NCBI RefSeq assembly: GCF_008831285.2
Contig: NC_045138.2
Span: forward strand, 9,672,001-9,736,000
DNA length: 64,000 nucleotides
Direction of reading: 5' to 3'
From: Nymphaea colorata
Lineage: Eukaryota
Shown here: piece after piece, positions 63,191-64,000 of the stretch
Numbering within the stretch: position 1 is the first letter of the stretch
Layout: every line of letters begins with the position of its first letter
Notes under the pieces: model-generated
Seen by the model: the letters and a program-made list of their open reading frames with translations, nothing else
Told to the model about the DNA's origin: nothing
The model's database searches: none
Program-made: the position numbers and the translations under genes

Positions 63191-64000
63191 TTATCCTTTC
63201 AGGTTCTCATCAACTTTAGGAAATTAGTGCAAATCCTAGCAGCTTTATCACTTTATGACCTCTAACATATGGGCATCTTATTGCCTGTAAGAAAATGTCA
63301 TTAACGTTTATCAACAATAAGGTTGTACAGTCTAATACCTGGTTGTTGGCTGACCCATGATGAACTAGGAGTAGTGTAAGCAAGATTGCTGCATCCATGA
63401 TATTGAATCTAAGAAGAAAAACTACCAATGTCAGCCCATATTGCCCTAATACTATGTTAGGTCTTGATTCCAATTTTGTTCCGAATGAAAGAAAGAAAGA
63501 CAGGAAGCAAGAGGGGATTCCTTCAAGTTTAAGATCACAGCCATACATGATTCAGGCATTGTTCCATATTCTGATCTGTAAGGTTACTTATGTCACATGG
63601 ACTAAAAAGTACACACCAATACATAATATAACAGTCTTGCCACTATACATAGTCACACACACAATAGATACAATTAGTCAACATGCAGAATCAGGTTGAT
63701 TGAATCCAGATCCAAGACAATACTTCTTTCAGTTTCCTTGTGATCTTATTGAGAATCACTTGAATAATCACCTGGTTCATGGCTGCAAATGCTTCACATG
63801 GTTTTGCAATGGAGAAAATTCAAAATTTCTTGTTCTCAAGAATGCAGTCCATTATTTCGTATGTAATATTCCTTTTGGTACTGACTCTTCTTGAACCATG
63901 GAGGAGCGAACTGAGACTATGTGACTTACGCATCCCGTTTGTGTCTGGAATCTGGATATCTAGGGAACTCAATAAAGATCTTCCAGGGCCTTATCTAGGT

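Noticed and set aside
63798..63840. WFCNGENSK as the next MORC exon completing the CW finger
   Set aside because: No AG acceptor precedes the required position (the context is cacatg|gttttgc) and the downstream residues do not resemble the CW end.

Overview
This is plant nuclear DNA, rich in transposable elements (TEs). The species cannot be determined from the sequence. One host gene is present: a + strand CW-type MORC (GHKL ATPase, S5 region, CW zinc finger). I assembled 13 GT-AG exons by hand from 30752 to 61768, about 775 codons in one continuous frame; no further exon was found, so the gene probably continues past the window. Positions 1-27 kb are TE debris: an Ogre/Tat-like Gypsy remnant, a complete TRIM, a Copia fragment, a decayed L1 LINE interrupted by a hAT element, and MITEs. 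The MORC introns hold an RT-less chromovirus carrying two hAT MITEs, and a very young intact Copia nested antisense in a related older Copia. Two observations stand out. (1) The young Copia has a doubled primer-binding site (PBS) containing a 42-nt copy of the 3' half of mature initiator tRNA-Met, including CCA. (2) The MORC N-terminus looks like a SPOC domain, suggesting a SPOC-GHKL-S5-CW architecture. All alignments were made by eye and no database searches were run.
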